A stretch of DNA of 20,080 bases from Promethearchaeota archaeon (lineage in GTDB: Archaea > Asgardarchaeota > Lokiarchaeia > Sigyniarchaeales > SOKP01), in NCBI GenBank assembly GCA_004524535.1, contig SDNY01000066.1:1-20080 (forward strand). Direction: 5' to 3'. The position numbers and the translations under genes were made by a program. Below, piece by piece: positions 1 to 9,015 of this stretch (position 1 is its first letter; every line of letters starts with the position of its first letter). The notes below the pieces were generated by a model, which was not told the origin of the DNA, did not search any database, and worked only from the letters and a program-made list of their open reading frames with translations.

Positions 1-816
1 TATTTACTTAGTATCGATAGTATTGATAATATTTTTAGAGCCTTCTTATTAATAATCGTTGGTTTCGTTGTAGCTATGCTAAGTGAAAATATTTCAAAAA
101 CCCAATCAAAATTGACAGAAGCCATGGAAGAATTAAAAAGATCAAATGAAGAACTACAGCAATTTGCCTATGCTGCATCTCATGATTTACAAGAACCTTT
201 AAGAACAATAATCAGCTTTTCCCAACTTTTAGAAGAACAATATAAAGATAAAATTGATAAAAATGGTCAAGAATTCATTCAATTTATGACGGAAGGAGCA
301 AGTAGGATGAGAATTTTAATAAACGATCTTTTAAAATATTCAAGGATTACTACTTATACCCAACCATTAGAAAAAACTGACTTAAATGATATTTTAAAGA
401 CGGTTTTATCCAATCTTCAACAATCAATAAAAGAAAGTAACGCAACAATAACCTATAAAGAATTACCTAGCATATTTATTAATAAATCACACATGTTACA
501 ATTATTTCAGAATTTAATAAGTAATGCTTTAAAATTCAAAAGAGAACACCCTTTAAAAATTTATATTGATGCAATTAAAAAAGAAAATGAATGGCTTTTT
601 TCAGTTAAAGATAACGGGATTGGAATTGAAGAAAAATATTTTGATAGAATTTTTAATATATTCCAACGTTTGCATACGAGAGAAGAATATCCTGGGGCGG
701 GGATTGGACTTGCGATTTGTAAAAAAATAATTCAAAGATATAATGGCAAAATTTGGGTAGAATCTAAAATTGGAGAAGGCTCAACTTTTTATTTTACAAT
801 TCCAATAAATAAATAA
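1..816 (+). CDS. Sensor histidine kinase (HisKA + HATPase), 5'-truncated by window edge
   Basis: Frame is open from base 1 and includes a hydrophobic stretch before the track's ATG at 76. H-box FAYAASHDLQEPLR, N-box QNLISNALKF, G1 DNGIGI, G2 GAGIGLAICKKI, GEGSTFYF. Confidence 0.95.
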   Translation, partial: YLLSIDSIDNIFRAFLLIIVGFVVAMLSENISKTQSKLTEAMEELKRSNEELQQFAYAASHDLQEPLRTIISFSQLLEEQYKDKIDKNGQEFIQFMTEGASRMRILINDLLKYSRITTYTQPLEKTDLNDILKTVLSNLQQSIKESNATITYKELPSIFINKSHMLQLFQNLISNALKFKREHPLKIYIDAIKKENEWLFSVKDNGIGIEEKYFDRIFNIFQRLHTREEYPGAGIGLAICKKIIQRYNGKIWVESKIGEGSTFYFTIPINK

Positions 817-856
817 AAATTAAAAGTTTTTTTCATTCTTAGTAAGGAGATAAACT

Positions 857-1306
857 ATGAATAACCAAAAAGATTTAAAAATTGTTGAAATCCTACTTGT
901 TGAAGATAATCCAGCTGATATTCGTCTTACTCAAGAAGCCATAAAGGAAAGCAAAATTTCCAATAATTTACATATTGTAAGAGATGGAATGGAAGCTATT
1001 AGTTTTCTAAGAAAAGAAGGTAAATTTTCTAATGCTGTTCGTCCAGATTTAATTCTCCTTGATTTAAATCTACCTAAAATAAATGGTTTTGAAGTTTTAA
1101 ATGAAATTAAAAAAGATGATGATTTAAAAAGAATACCTGTCGTAATTTTAACTATTTCGGAGGCTGAAGTTGATTTATTGAACGCTTATAATAACTATGC
1201 TAATTGTTATGTAAATAAACCATTAGATATCAAGGAATTTTATAAAATTGTCAAATCCATTGGAAACTTTTGGTTCACTGTAGTAAAATTACCAGATGGA
1301 GTATAA
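857..1306 (+). CDS. Single-domain response regulator (Rcp1/CheY-like receiver)
   Basis: ILLVEDNPAD, PDLILLDLNLPK (phospho-Asp), ANCYVNKP, C-terminal FWFTVVKLP typical of Rcp1-type receivers. AAGGAGA ribosome-binding site upstream. Confidence 0.95.
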   Translation: MNNQKDLKIVEILLVEDNPADIRLTQEAIKESKISNNLHIVRDGMEAISFLRKEGKFSNAVRPDLILLDLNLPKINGFEVLNEIKKDDDLKRIPVVILTISEAEVDLLNAYNNYANCYVNKPLDIKEFYKIVKSIGNFWFTVVKLPDGV

Positions 1307-2183
1307 AATGGAACCTGATAAATTAAATATTCTGTTAATTGAGGATAATCCTTCTGATAACCGCATTATAGAAGAATATTTAAAAAAATCTGAAAAGTTA
1401 AACTTTGATTTAGAATCATGTATTAAATTAAGAGAAGGCTTGAATTTAATGGAGATAAAAAAGTTTGATGTTCTTCTATTAGATTTAAGTCTTCCTGACA
1501 GTGATAGAGAAAATACATTAAAATACTTAAAGGAAATAACTAAAAAAACCCCTATTATTGTGTTAACTGGATTTGACGATAGTAATCTCGCATTAGAAGC
1601 AATTAAAAAAGGAGCTGAGGATTATATAAGCAAAAATGATCTTAATTCACCTACTCTAACTCGAGCGATCCTATATGCTATTGAAAGACATAAAACTAAA
1701 AACATTAAAGAAAAAATAGTTGCTCAAACTGAATATTTAGATGAATATGACAAGAAGATTCTCAATTTAATGCAAGAAGATTGTAGAATTTCTTACTCGA
1801 AATTACATAAAAAAGTGAATTTAGCAGCAAGTACAATCCACAGTCGAGTTCAAAATATGATTAAGAAAGGTATTATTAAAAAATTTAATGCTATGGTTGA
1901 CCCTTTCAAAGTAGGATATGAATCTGTGGCAATAATCGGAATGTCAGTAGATCCATCTAAAATTGATGAAATTGCGAAAAAGATTGCTTTATATGATGAA
2001 GTCCAGTTTTTAGCAACTTCAACAGGGGATCATAATATTATTGTTAAAATAGTTAAAAAAGATGATACAGATCTCTGGACTTTTATTAATGAAAAAATAA
2101 AAACTATTGATGGAGTAAGTCCAAGATTAGATATTTCAAGATTTATCGAAGTTTTTAAAATGGATCCTAAAATAAACCTATAA
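1296..2183 (+). CDS. Response regulator: receiver domain fused to Lrp/AsnC HTH and RAM domain
   Basis: N-terminal REC (LLIEDN, LLLDLSLPD, GAEDYISK); C-terminal LDEYDKKILNLMQEDCRISYSKL...STIHSRVQNMIKKGII HTH and TGDHNIIVKI RAM domain. Start may be the ATG at 1308. Confidence 0.9.
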   Translation: MEYKMEPDKLNILLIEDNPSDNRIIEEYLKKSEKLNFDLESCIKLREGLNLMEIKKFDVLLLDLSLPDSDRENTLKYLKEITKKTPIIVLTGFDDSNLALEAIKKGAEDYISKNDLNSPTLTRAILYAIERHKTKNIKEKIVAQTEYLDEYDKKILNLMQEDCRISYSKLHKKVNLAASTIHSRVQNMIKKGIIKKFNAMVDPFKVGYESVAIIGMSVDPSKIDEIAKKIALYDEVQFLATSTGDHNIIVKIVKKDDTDLWTFINEKIKTIDGVSPRLDISRFIEVFKMDPKINL

Positions 2184-2209
2184 AAAGAAAAAGTAAAAAG
2201 CTCAAATAG
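2105..2209 (+). repeat. Direct repeat copy 1 (3' end of REC-Lrp gene plus downstream DNA)
   Basis: 105 bp identical to 3897-4001; imperfect match continues to about 2259 / 4051. Confidence 0.95.
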
Positions 2210-2328
2210 GTGAATAATAGGGAAAGTTGCACGATCTTTTTATTTTTAAGGGCATCCCTTAATCTTCCCGAATATGTTAATTTTTTAAATTATGAAATAA
2301 AAGATAAAAGGAAAAAAAAAAGAGTTAA

Positions 2329-3720
2329 TTATTTATTCTGTTTAATAAGTACCTTCTTTTTCATAATAATAATTAAGCCGACAATTGCAATAACTGCAAA
2401 TCCCAGATAATAATTTCCGTAGGGAATTGCCTCTTCTTCATCATCATCATCGTCATCATCTCCAAGCAAAAGAAGTAATCCTTTTGGTATTGGTATATCT
2501 TGATGATAGAGATATATTGTATTTGTACCACCATCCAATGGTTCACCTGAAGCAAAAACTAAATAATCTCCTAAAGGAGAAATATCAACCGACTCAATCA
2601 TAAGAATTGGGATTTTCCATTTAGGCATTTTTGGTGTAGTCTTAGTACTGTTGAATAGATAAAATGTTGGATTAAAAGTTCCCATAACCACATATTCACC
2701 AAATTTAGAAATTGCAACATCCTTAGGGACGGGATCAGGATCACCTAAAATTGAGTACCTCCATTTTGCAGTCTTATTACCAGCCTGGAATGAATTGTTG
2801 AAATAATAAAGATATGTGCTGTCACATACTACGATTTTTTTTCCATCAGAAGAGATGTCTATAGTCAAGATATGTTCAGGACTTGTAAAATTCCACATTG
2901 GCTTGCCATGAGGATTTGTCGTATTGAATAAATATACTTCTTTATCATTATTAGAGGCTATAAAATGTTTCCCATCATAAGAGAATACCACTTGCCTAAT
3001 AATATTAGTCGTGTTGAATTGCCATTCATAGGTCTTTGGTATAGATGTAGCTGTATTAAAAAGCGTAATGTTACCACCAAAATCGCCTGTAATAATATAT
3101 TGATCATTACCCGAAATAGCTACATCAGTGTATATCCTCGATGTGCCATCATCATAATACCACTTAGGGTTCTTCTGCCCCACTGAAGGACCATTATCAA
3201 ATAAATACACACCACCAGAATCATTTGCTACCGCAATATAATTACCGTCTTGGGAAATATCAACGTACACAGATCTGCCTCCACTAGTGTCATTGAAATG
3301 CCATAGGTCTGTTTTACTTATACTATCAAGAAGAGTTACATTCTTCCTATTATCACCAAGGACTATATATCTCCCGTTAAATGACATAGCTTGATCATTG
3401 ATTCTTTCACCAACATCATAAGTCCAAAGTGTTGCATTGCTATTTCTATGAAAGATATTTACAGTGCTATCGTTAATTCCCAAAATATTCTTTCCATCTT
3501 TCGAAATCGCTACTATTTGAGGCGGATTTGGAAAAGTGTAATTCCATATTGAAGTAATATCGCCCTCAGCGCTTTCTTTTGGAATAGAAAGTGAGTTTAT
3601 AGAATTATCATTTTGACTATTTATCATTATAAGCTCTTGCGGAATATTCGCTGCTAAAATATTAATAGAAGACAACATTAAGATCGAAATAATAATAAAA
3701 AGATTGATTTTTTCTTTCAT
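2329..3720 (-). CDS. Secreted/surface WD40-like beta-propeller protein with Loki-CTERM-like C-terminal anchor
   Basis: N-terminal signal peptide; repeated V/I-D/A-IS-x-DG-x-YI blades ending in W; acidic linker DDDDDDDEEE; IPYGNYY + transmembrane helix + KKK tail. Confidence 0.85.
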   Translation of the reverse strand: MKEKINLFIIISILMLSSINILAANIPQELIMINSQNDNSINSLSIPKESAEGDITSIWNYTFPNPPQIVAISKDGKNILGINDSTVNIFHRNSNATLWTYDVGERINDQAMSFNGRYIVLGDNRKNVTLLDSISKTDLWHFNDTSGGRSVYVDISQDGNYIAVANDSGGVYLFDNGPSVGQKNPKWYYDDGTSRIYTDVAISGNDQYIITGDFGGNITLFNTATSIPKTYEWQFNTTNIIRQVVFSYDGKHFIASNNDKEVYLFNTTNPHGKPMWNFTSPEHILTIDISSDGKKIVVCDSTYLYYFNNSFQAGNKTAKWRYSILGDPDPVPKDVAISKFGEYVVMGTFNPTFYLFNSTKTTPKMPKWKIPILMIESVDISPLGDYLVFASGEPLDGGTNTIYLYHQDIPIPKGLLLLLGDDDDDDDEEEAIPYGNYYLGFAVIAIVGLIIIMKKKVLIKQNK

Positions 3721-3896
3721 TTCATGTCACTTTTTTAATAAAGATTATGATTGATTATCTTTATATGATGTATAAATATAAACATTCCTCTTTTTGGAAA
3801 AAATAAAATCTCTGTTCGATTTTTACAGATTTGTAAAGAGCATCCAATTTTAGAGAATATGTTAGAAATAAGAATCGTGCGAATTTATATAAAAAT

Positions 3897-4001
3897 TATT
3901 GATGGAGTAAGTCCAAGATTAGATATTTCAAGATTTATCGAAGTTTTTAAAATGGATCCTAAAATAAACCTATAAAAAGAAAAAGTAAAAAGCTCAAATA
4001 G
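3897..4001 (+). repeat. Direct repeat copy 2 (orphan duplicate of REC-Lrp 3' end)
   Basis: Identical to 2105-2209 (offset 1792 bp). Confidence 0.95.
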
Positions 4002-4090
4002 AAGAATAATAGGGAAATTTGCCCGGTCTTTTTATTTTTAAAAGCATTCCCCCTTTTTTTTATTCTAAGTGATTATCTTTATGTGATTTA

Positions 4091-4606
4091 TTAATATAGA
4101 AATCTTTTATCTAATTCAGTTCCACAATTTGGACAATACTTACTCGTAATTGTTAATTCAAAATATCGTTCTAACTCTTTTTTTAGGTTTAAATAAATAT
4201 CAGTAAGCATTATATCCTCAATAGAGATCAAATTTAACTTACCTTTTCTATATAATTTTATTTTCTCTTCTTTTCTTTTCTCATATTCTTTTCCGAAATA
4301 GCCCCAGTATTCAATATATATTTCGTATTTTGGAAGATACCAATCATATTTAATTGGATTACTATGTACCCTTATAGTTTTTTCATATTCATGTTCTATC
4401 CCCAGACGATAAAGATAATTATCAATAATTAATTCTCCTTTAGATTTAACTATATGTCCGTCCATGCATTTAAAACTCGTTGGTTTTTCGCGTTTTTCTG
4501 GTTTCTTCAGAGCTTTTCTGATTTTTAATCCAAAATAAAGAAGGATTATAAAAATAAATAAAAAAACAATTCCTCCAAGTATAAAATAAATGATTACTTC
4601 ATTCAT
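4091..4606 (-). CDS. Membrane-anchored PD-(D/E)XK nuclease-like protein with C-terminal CPNC Zn knuckle
   Basis: N-terminal transmembrane helix; DGHIVKSKGELIIDNYL...EYE...YDWYLP...IYIEYWG motif; KYCPNCG at the C-terminus. Confidence 0.7.
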   Translation of the reverse strand: MNEVIIYFILGGIVFLFIFIILLYFGLKIRKALKKPEKREKPTSFKCMDGHIVKSKGELIIDNYLYRLGIEHEYEKTIRVHSNPIKYDWYLPKYEIYIEYWGYFGKEYEKRKEEKIKLYRKGKLNLISIEDIMLTDIYLNLKKELERYFELTITSKYCPNCGTELDKRFLY

Positions 4607-4693
4607 ATTGATAAATTTACAGTATTATTATTACTTTTAAATTAAGGATATATAAGAATTAAATGTATTGAACATATTGAATTATAAATATTC

Positions 4694-4708
4694 ATAACAA
4701 GTTTTTTA
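4694..4708 (+). promoter_or_regulatory. 15-mer ATAACAAGTTTTTTA shared by hdrC and hdrA upstream regions
   Basis: Exact copy at 15179-15193; both lie about 120-145 bp upstream of an hdr start codon. Confidence 0.45.
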
Positions 4709-4826
4709 TTAAAAAATACTTTTAACAACATAAGATTATCATTTAGATTGTTTAATCAAACAAATAATAATAAAAGGTTTCTCTTCATCGAAAAATTATA
4801 AAATATTAAAGAGATTTAAATGAATT

Positions 4827-5450
4827 ATGAGTGATAATATAGAAAAATATATTAGACGTAAAGTGCATAAAGGTTCAAGTTCAAAAATTGCCCAAAAATT
4901 TGTTGATGCTGGATTAGAAAAGATTAGATCTTGTATAAATTGTGGAACATGCACTGGATCTTGTCCTGCAGGCAGAAGAACAGCATATCGCACACGATCC
5001 GCAATTAGAAAAGCTTTAACAGGAGATGAAAGTGTATTACAAGATATCGATATCTGGATGTGTAGTACATGTTATTATTGTTATGAAAGATGCCCAAGGG
5101 ACATTCCTGTTACCGATATGATTATCAAGCTCAGAAATATTGCTGTTGAAGAGGGTTATATTTTAGATTCTCATTTTGGACTTGCTAACGATATATTTTA
5201 CGCTACGGGACATGGTGTACCCGCAAATGCAGAAAATCAGAAACAATGGAGAGATTTACGAGAATCTTATGGACTCCCCCCATTGCCACCTACGGTTCAT
5301 TCCTATCCAGAAGCAGTCGAAGAGTGCCAACTTTTAATGAAGGAAGTTGGTTTTAGAGATTTATTAGACAATGCTGCTAAATTAAAAGCTCAAAGAAAAG
5401 CGGAAGCGGAAAAAAATGCTAAAGAAGAAGCTGAGGAGGAGAAAAAATAA
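4827..5450 (+). CDS. hdrC: Heterodisulfide reductase subunit C
   Basis: Two [4Fe-4S] motifs CINCGTCTGSCP and CSTCYYCYERCP, IWMC motif, TGHGVP; charged C-terminal tail. Confidence 0.93.
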   Translation: MSDNIEKYIRRKVHKGSSSKIAQKFVDAGLEKIRSCINCGTCTGSCPAGRRTAYRTRSAIRKALTGDESVLQDIDIWMCSTCYYCYERCPRDIPVTDMIIKLRNIAVEEGYILDSHFGLANDIFYATGHGVPANAENQKQWRDLRESYGLPPLPPTVHSYPEAVEECQLLMKEVGFRDLLDNAAKLKAQRKAEAEKNAKEEAEEEKK

Positions 5451-5494
5451 TGAGTGGGTATTCAGAATATAAATGGAGATATGGTTTCTTTTAA
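5450..5494 (+). pseudogene. hdrB: 14-codon hdrB 5' stub (MSGYSEYKWRYGFF*) translationally coupled to hdrC
   Basis: TAATG overlap with the hdrC stop; 36/43 nt identical to the hdrB start at 9299 (MSKYSDYKWRYGFFLGC). Confidence 0.85.
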
Positions 5495-5527
5495 TTCTTC
5501 TTAATCTAATTTTTTTTATAGTTGATA

Positions 5528-5977
5528 TCACACCTTTAGTATTGAATCATAAGGTAATGGGGGGATGCAAAATTCAGTGTTTTGCTCTAAAAAACCAGCA
5601 ATCTCTGCTTCTCTTATAAGATCGAGAAAAAGGGGGGCATTTTTCATTCCTAGTATAGTTAGTAACCAATGTTCAACTATCCTCCCTAAGCTAAGTAACC
5701 CTGCTTCTGCCCATTGTTCAGAAATTTCTATTGTTTTGTCGAGTTGTTTTTTTAGGTAATCAGGTTCAAGTGTAAACTTTGGGGGTTTATGATAAATCTC
5801 TTCAATGCACACTTGTATCTCATTTTCTAATTTATTCCAAAGGAATTCAAACTGGGGCTTTATTTGGCGTATAGCATCTTTACAAATCCATTCTTTTATT
5901 TCAGATTCTTCTCTCGTTTTTAAAGTTAATAATCTTATGCCATTTAGAAGAATAGTCTTCTTCAAGATATTTCTCAT
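5528..5977 (-). pseudogene. Hypothetical helical protein, probably a fragment (possibly DUF4145/HEPN-like)
   Basis: AGLLSLGRIVEHWL...LDLIREAEIAGFL resembles the N-terminal part of DUF4145-like domains but ends soon after; abuts the hsdS fragment head-to-head with no promoter space. Confidence 0.35.
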
Positions 5978-6685
5978 ATGTTATTTAAATCTTTATTTTA
6001 TGATTTCAAAATTAATAAAAAGGAAAAGTTACAATCTAGTGAAGTTGGAAGAATTCCAGAAGATTGGAATCTAAAAAAATTAGAAGATGTTACATTTATA
6101 ACTGATTGCCAACATAGTAAAAAACCAAAAAATCGAGAAAAAGAAAATTATTTACTTCAAGTATATAATATTGGAGAAAAAGGACAACTAGACTTAACTG
6201 ATCCTTATTTTATTTCTAATGAAGATTATCAACATTGGATTAGGAGAATAGAAGTAAAAAAAGGAGATATAATAATTTCCAAAACTGGAAGAGTGGGAGC
6301 CATAGCTCAGATACCAGATATGAAAGCAGCAATCGGGAGGAATCTAGTATGTATTCGCCCTAATTCTGAATTTTTGTCTCCTGAATATCTGAAGGAATAT
6401 ATGTTATCTAATAAAATGAATAATGAAATTAGACTAAAAACTAGTTCTGGTACAATCTTGGATAGCCTTCATGTAAAATATATTAAGAAATTAAGAATTA
6501 TTTTGCCATCGGAATCTCTTTTAAAGAAATTCAGTTAAAATTTAAAACCTTTTCATGAAAGTATTAATTTAAATAGTCGTGAAAATGTAATACTTACAAA
6601 ATTTAGAGATTTACTTCTTGATCAAGTAATTTCAGGAAGAATAAGAATATTTAATCATGAAAAAATTGATGATTTAAATGAGTAA
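5978..6685 (+). pseudogene. hsdS: Type I restriction-modification specificity subunit, C-terminal half, with internal TAA at 6536-6538
   Basis: Begins at the central conserved region (FKSLFYDF...SEVGRIPEDW) and has one TRD (KGDIIISKTGRVG). The same frame continues past the TAA with NLKPF...RDLLLDQVISGRIRI to a TAA at 6683-6685 overlapping the hsdR start. Confidence 0.85.
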
Positions 6686-6881
6686 AATAACAGAAGAAGA
6701 ATTAGAAATCGCATCTCTTGATATACTTAGAGACATTGGTTATTCAATTAAATTCGGTCCTGATATTTCTCCTTCAGGAATAGTTCCAGAAAGAAATTCC
6801 TATAGAGAGATCTTCTTAAAGGAACGGTTTTATTCTGCCTTAAATTACATTATTCTTAAAATATTTGAAGAAATAGGGTGA
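6678..6881 (+). pseudogene. hsdR: Type I restriction endonuclease subunit R, N-terminal fragment
   Basis: ITEEELEIASLDILRDIGY...GPDISP...PERNSYREIFLKERFYSAL is a typical HsdR N-terminus; only 67 aa against ~1000 aa expected. Confidence 0.8.
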
Positions 6882-6964
6882 GAATTACGATTATTAAGAA
6901 TTGTTAAAAATAGAAAACATTCAAACATGAATAAAAGGGCTCTCAAGAGGTAATAAATTTTCAG

Positions 6965-7273
6965 CTAAATCTTTTCTACTTTTTTAGTTTTAAGATTAAC
7001 AAAATACTTGGTATTACATTCATCGCTTACTTCTAATCCCCCCGAAATCGATTGAATTGAGGTTATGTAAATTTCTTGAACGTCGCGTTCGAGACGCGGG
7101 TCGTATTCAACGTCATATATCTTCAAATCCCATAAAAGTTCGTCAGTCTTTGCGTCTCTAGCTTCTATATAACCCAATTTATTCAAGGGAGCAATATACA
7201 TAACATTATTGTGAATTAATGGCTGGGCCCTTTTTGGAGGTCCTCTTGAAGGACTAATTATTGGCGGCTTCAT
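6965..7273 (-). CDS. Hypothetical beta-rich protein (PQQ-repeat-like GYIEARDAKTDELLW motif)
   Basis: 102-aa ORF with protein-like composition and one PQQ-blade-like motif. Confidence 0.55.
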   Translation of the reverse strand: MKPPIISPSRGPPKRAQPLIHNNVMYIAPLNKLGYIEARDAKTDELLWDLKIYDVEYDPRLERDVQEIYITSIQSISGGLEVSDECNTKYFVNLKTKKVEKI

Positions 7274-7384
7274 GGGTAATGGCTCCCATTATCCTTTATC
7301 TTTGATTCCCGAATCATTCTTAGCAACACCTAGCTTCGTAAGGTTCTTTAAATATTTTTAGGAGGGAAACCAAATAAATGTATC

Positions 7385-7845
7385 TCATGAAATTGGAGTC
7401 ATATATTTTGCCCATTGTGCTATCCGAGAAAGAATTCTCTTTGTTTTTGTTTTATTCGTTTTATTGATACCCATCATTAATGAATGAGCTCTGTTTTTTC
7501 TTTGCTTCTTATTTGGGTTTTTATAGGATCATGCTGAATATTAATAGGAAGATTTGCTTCTTGGATTATTTTTTTAAGAGATCCTGCATTCATTTCCACT
7601 ATTCCGATTTTTTCTAAAGAAGGAGTTGGCAAATGGGCTAAAGTAAATGCAGGTGTTGCATATTTACTCCAATCAACTGAAAGTCCTTGCTCTGCTTGAG
7701 TAGTAATAAAAAAGTTGGGATAAATTCGGTTTAATTCTGGCCAAGTTTTCCATAATCTCTTATGTACTCCTCGATATAGGAAATGGTCATCTAAGAAGTT
7801 TTCATCCGGCTCTGTTTCCCAGCTTAAAGGATTTTCTTCAACCAT
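7385..7845 (-). pseudogene. Frameshifted putative ADP-ribosyltransferase-fold (toxin-like) protein
   Basis: FLYRG...GLSVDWS...QHDP in the listed ORF; a shift near the A6 run (7494-7499) gives NRAHSLMMG...KRILSRIAQW ending at a TGA at 7385-7387. Confidence 0.5.
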
Positions 7846-8066
7846 TCACTTACCACCAATCCCACCAATCCCGCAAAACGCTTAGGAAATGAGATTCCAA
7901 TATAGCCATGCTTTCCCATCGGGCGGATAACATCCCAAATGTCGATTTTTCCAATTTCAACGTCATCTACGTGAGGTGCTACGTTATCTTGCATGAACTT
8001 CCACACCTCAGCTTTATATTCAATTTCTTTCTCGCTTAACGCTGAGTCTGGTAATATGACTTCCAT
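7824..8066 (-). pseudogene. Acyl-CoA dehydrogenase N-terminal fragment
   Basis: LSEKEIEYKAEVWKFMQDNVAP...MGKHGYIGISFPKRFAG matches the ACAD N-domain; it breaks off at a GGATTGGTG tandem duplication. Confidence 0.75.
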
Positions 8067-8187
8067 TTTATTTTCACTTTGAAATTATTATTATAATAAT
8101 TATATGTCTGTTTGAAAATTAAATAGTTTAATTTTTTGTAGAAACTATGTCTAAAATTGATAAAAGGATAAAATAAAAGAAAATTAA

Positions 8188-8934
8188 TTAGGGTTTTCCG
8201 TTTTTCTTAAGGGAGATCCCTAACGGAAGGTTTTCAATGAGTTCGAAAAATCGGTTTCTTACGGTTACTTCAGTAACTTGACTTATTTTAGCAATTTTTC
8301 TCTGCGTTCTGCGTTCTTTGCATAAGATTGTGGCTGCATATATTGCTGCGGCACATACGCCAGTTGGCCCTCTACCGGAAGTTAATCCTCGCTGCTCAGC
8401 GAGTTTAATGATCTTTTTTGAGATTTTATGGCATTCTTGAGTTAAATTTAATTCACTAATAAAGCGAGGTAAGAAGTCAATAGGATTGGTGGGGTTTAAA
8501 TTTAGACAAAGTTCATTGGAAATAAATCTAAAAGAACGTCCAATTTCCTTTTTATCTACTCTTGCAATTTCAGCAATCTCATTTAACGTACGTGGTACTT
8601 TATAAAGTCTGCAAGCTGCATATAAAGACGCTGCGGCTACACCTTCAATACTTCTACCCCGGATTAAATGTTTATCAACTGCATCCCGGTAGATTTTTGC
8701 TGAGCATTCTCTTAAATTCTTTTGTAAATCTAAATTTGATGCCATCCTATCTAACTCGCTTAATGCGAATGTTAGATTTCTTTCAGTTGCATCTGAGACT
8801 CTAATTCTACTCTGCCATTTGCGGAGTCGATAAATTTGTCCTCGTAATTTTGCCGGAATCTCCTTTCCGAAAATATCACGGTTTTTCCAATCAATCATGG
8901 TTGAAAGTCCCTTATCATGAATCATATACGTCAT
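8188..8934 (-). CDS. tfb: Transcription initiation factor IIB lacking the N-terminal Zn ribbon (possible pseudogene)
   Basis: [29 protein letters not shown], two cyclin repeats ([33 protein letters not shown]), VTEVTVRNR. In-frame upstream RTRTGAP is conserved, but no Zn ribbon or start codon lies further up. Confidence 0.85.
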   Translation of the reverse strand: MTYMIHDKGLSTMIDWKNRDIFGKEIPAKLRGQIYRLRKWQSRIRVSDATERNLTFALSELDRMASNLDLQKNLRECSAKIYRDAVDKHLIRGRSIEGVAAASLYAACRLYKVPRTLNEIAEIARVDKKEIGRSFRFISNELCLNLNPTNPIDFLPRFISELNLTQECHKISKKIIKLAEQRGLTSGRGPTGVCAAAIYAATILCKERRTQRKIAKISQVTEVTVRNRFFELIENLPLGISLKKNGKP

Positions 8935-8995
8935 GGGGGCCCCTGTACGAGTTCTATCATAATTCCTATCACACCCTGGATTTTTGTCTTTTGGT

Positions 8996-9015
8996 GAGTG
9001 TATTTCGATACACTC
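8996..9015. other. Perfect hairpin GAGTGTAT-TTCG-ATACACTC
   Basis: 8-bp perfect inverted repeat with a 4-nt loop upstream of the truncated tfb. Confidence 0.6.

Noticed and set aside
2437-2461. TCA trinucleotide repeat
   Set aside because: It encodes the poly-Asp linker of the surface protein; not an independent repeat element.
5450-5494. Trans-splicing of the hdrC-linked stub onto hdrB exon 2
   Set aside because: The stub ends before the GUGU helix strand and AAA bulge, so it cannot form the splice motif.
6536-6538. Stop-codon readthrough in hsdS
   Set aside because: TAA is not a recoded codon and the locus is otherwise truncated; a simple nonsense mutation is more likely.
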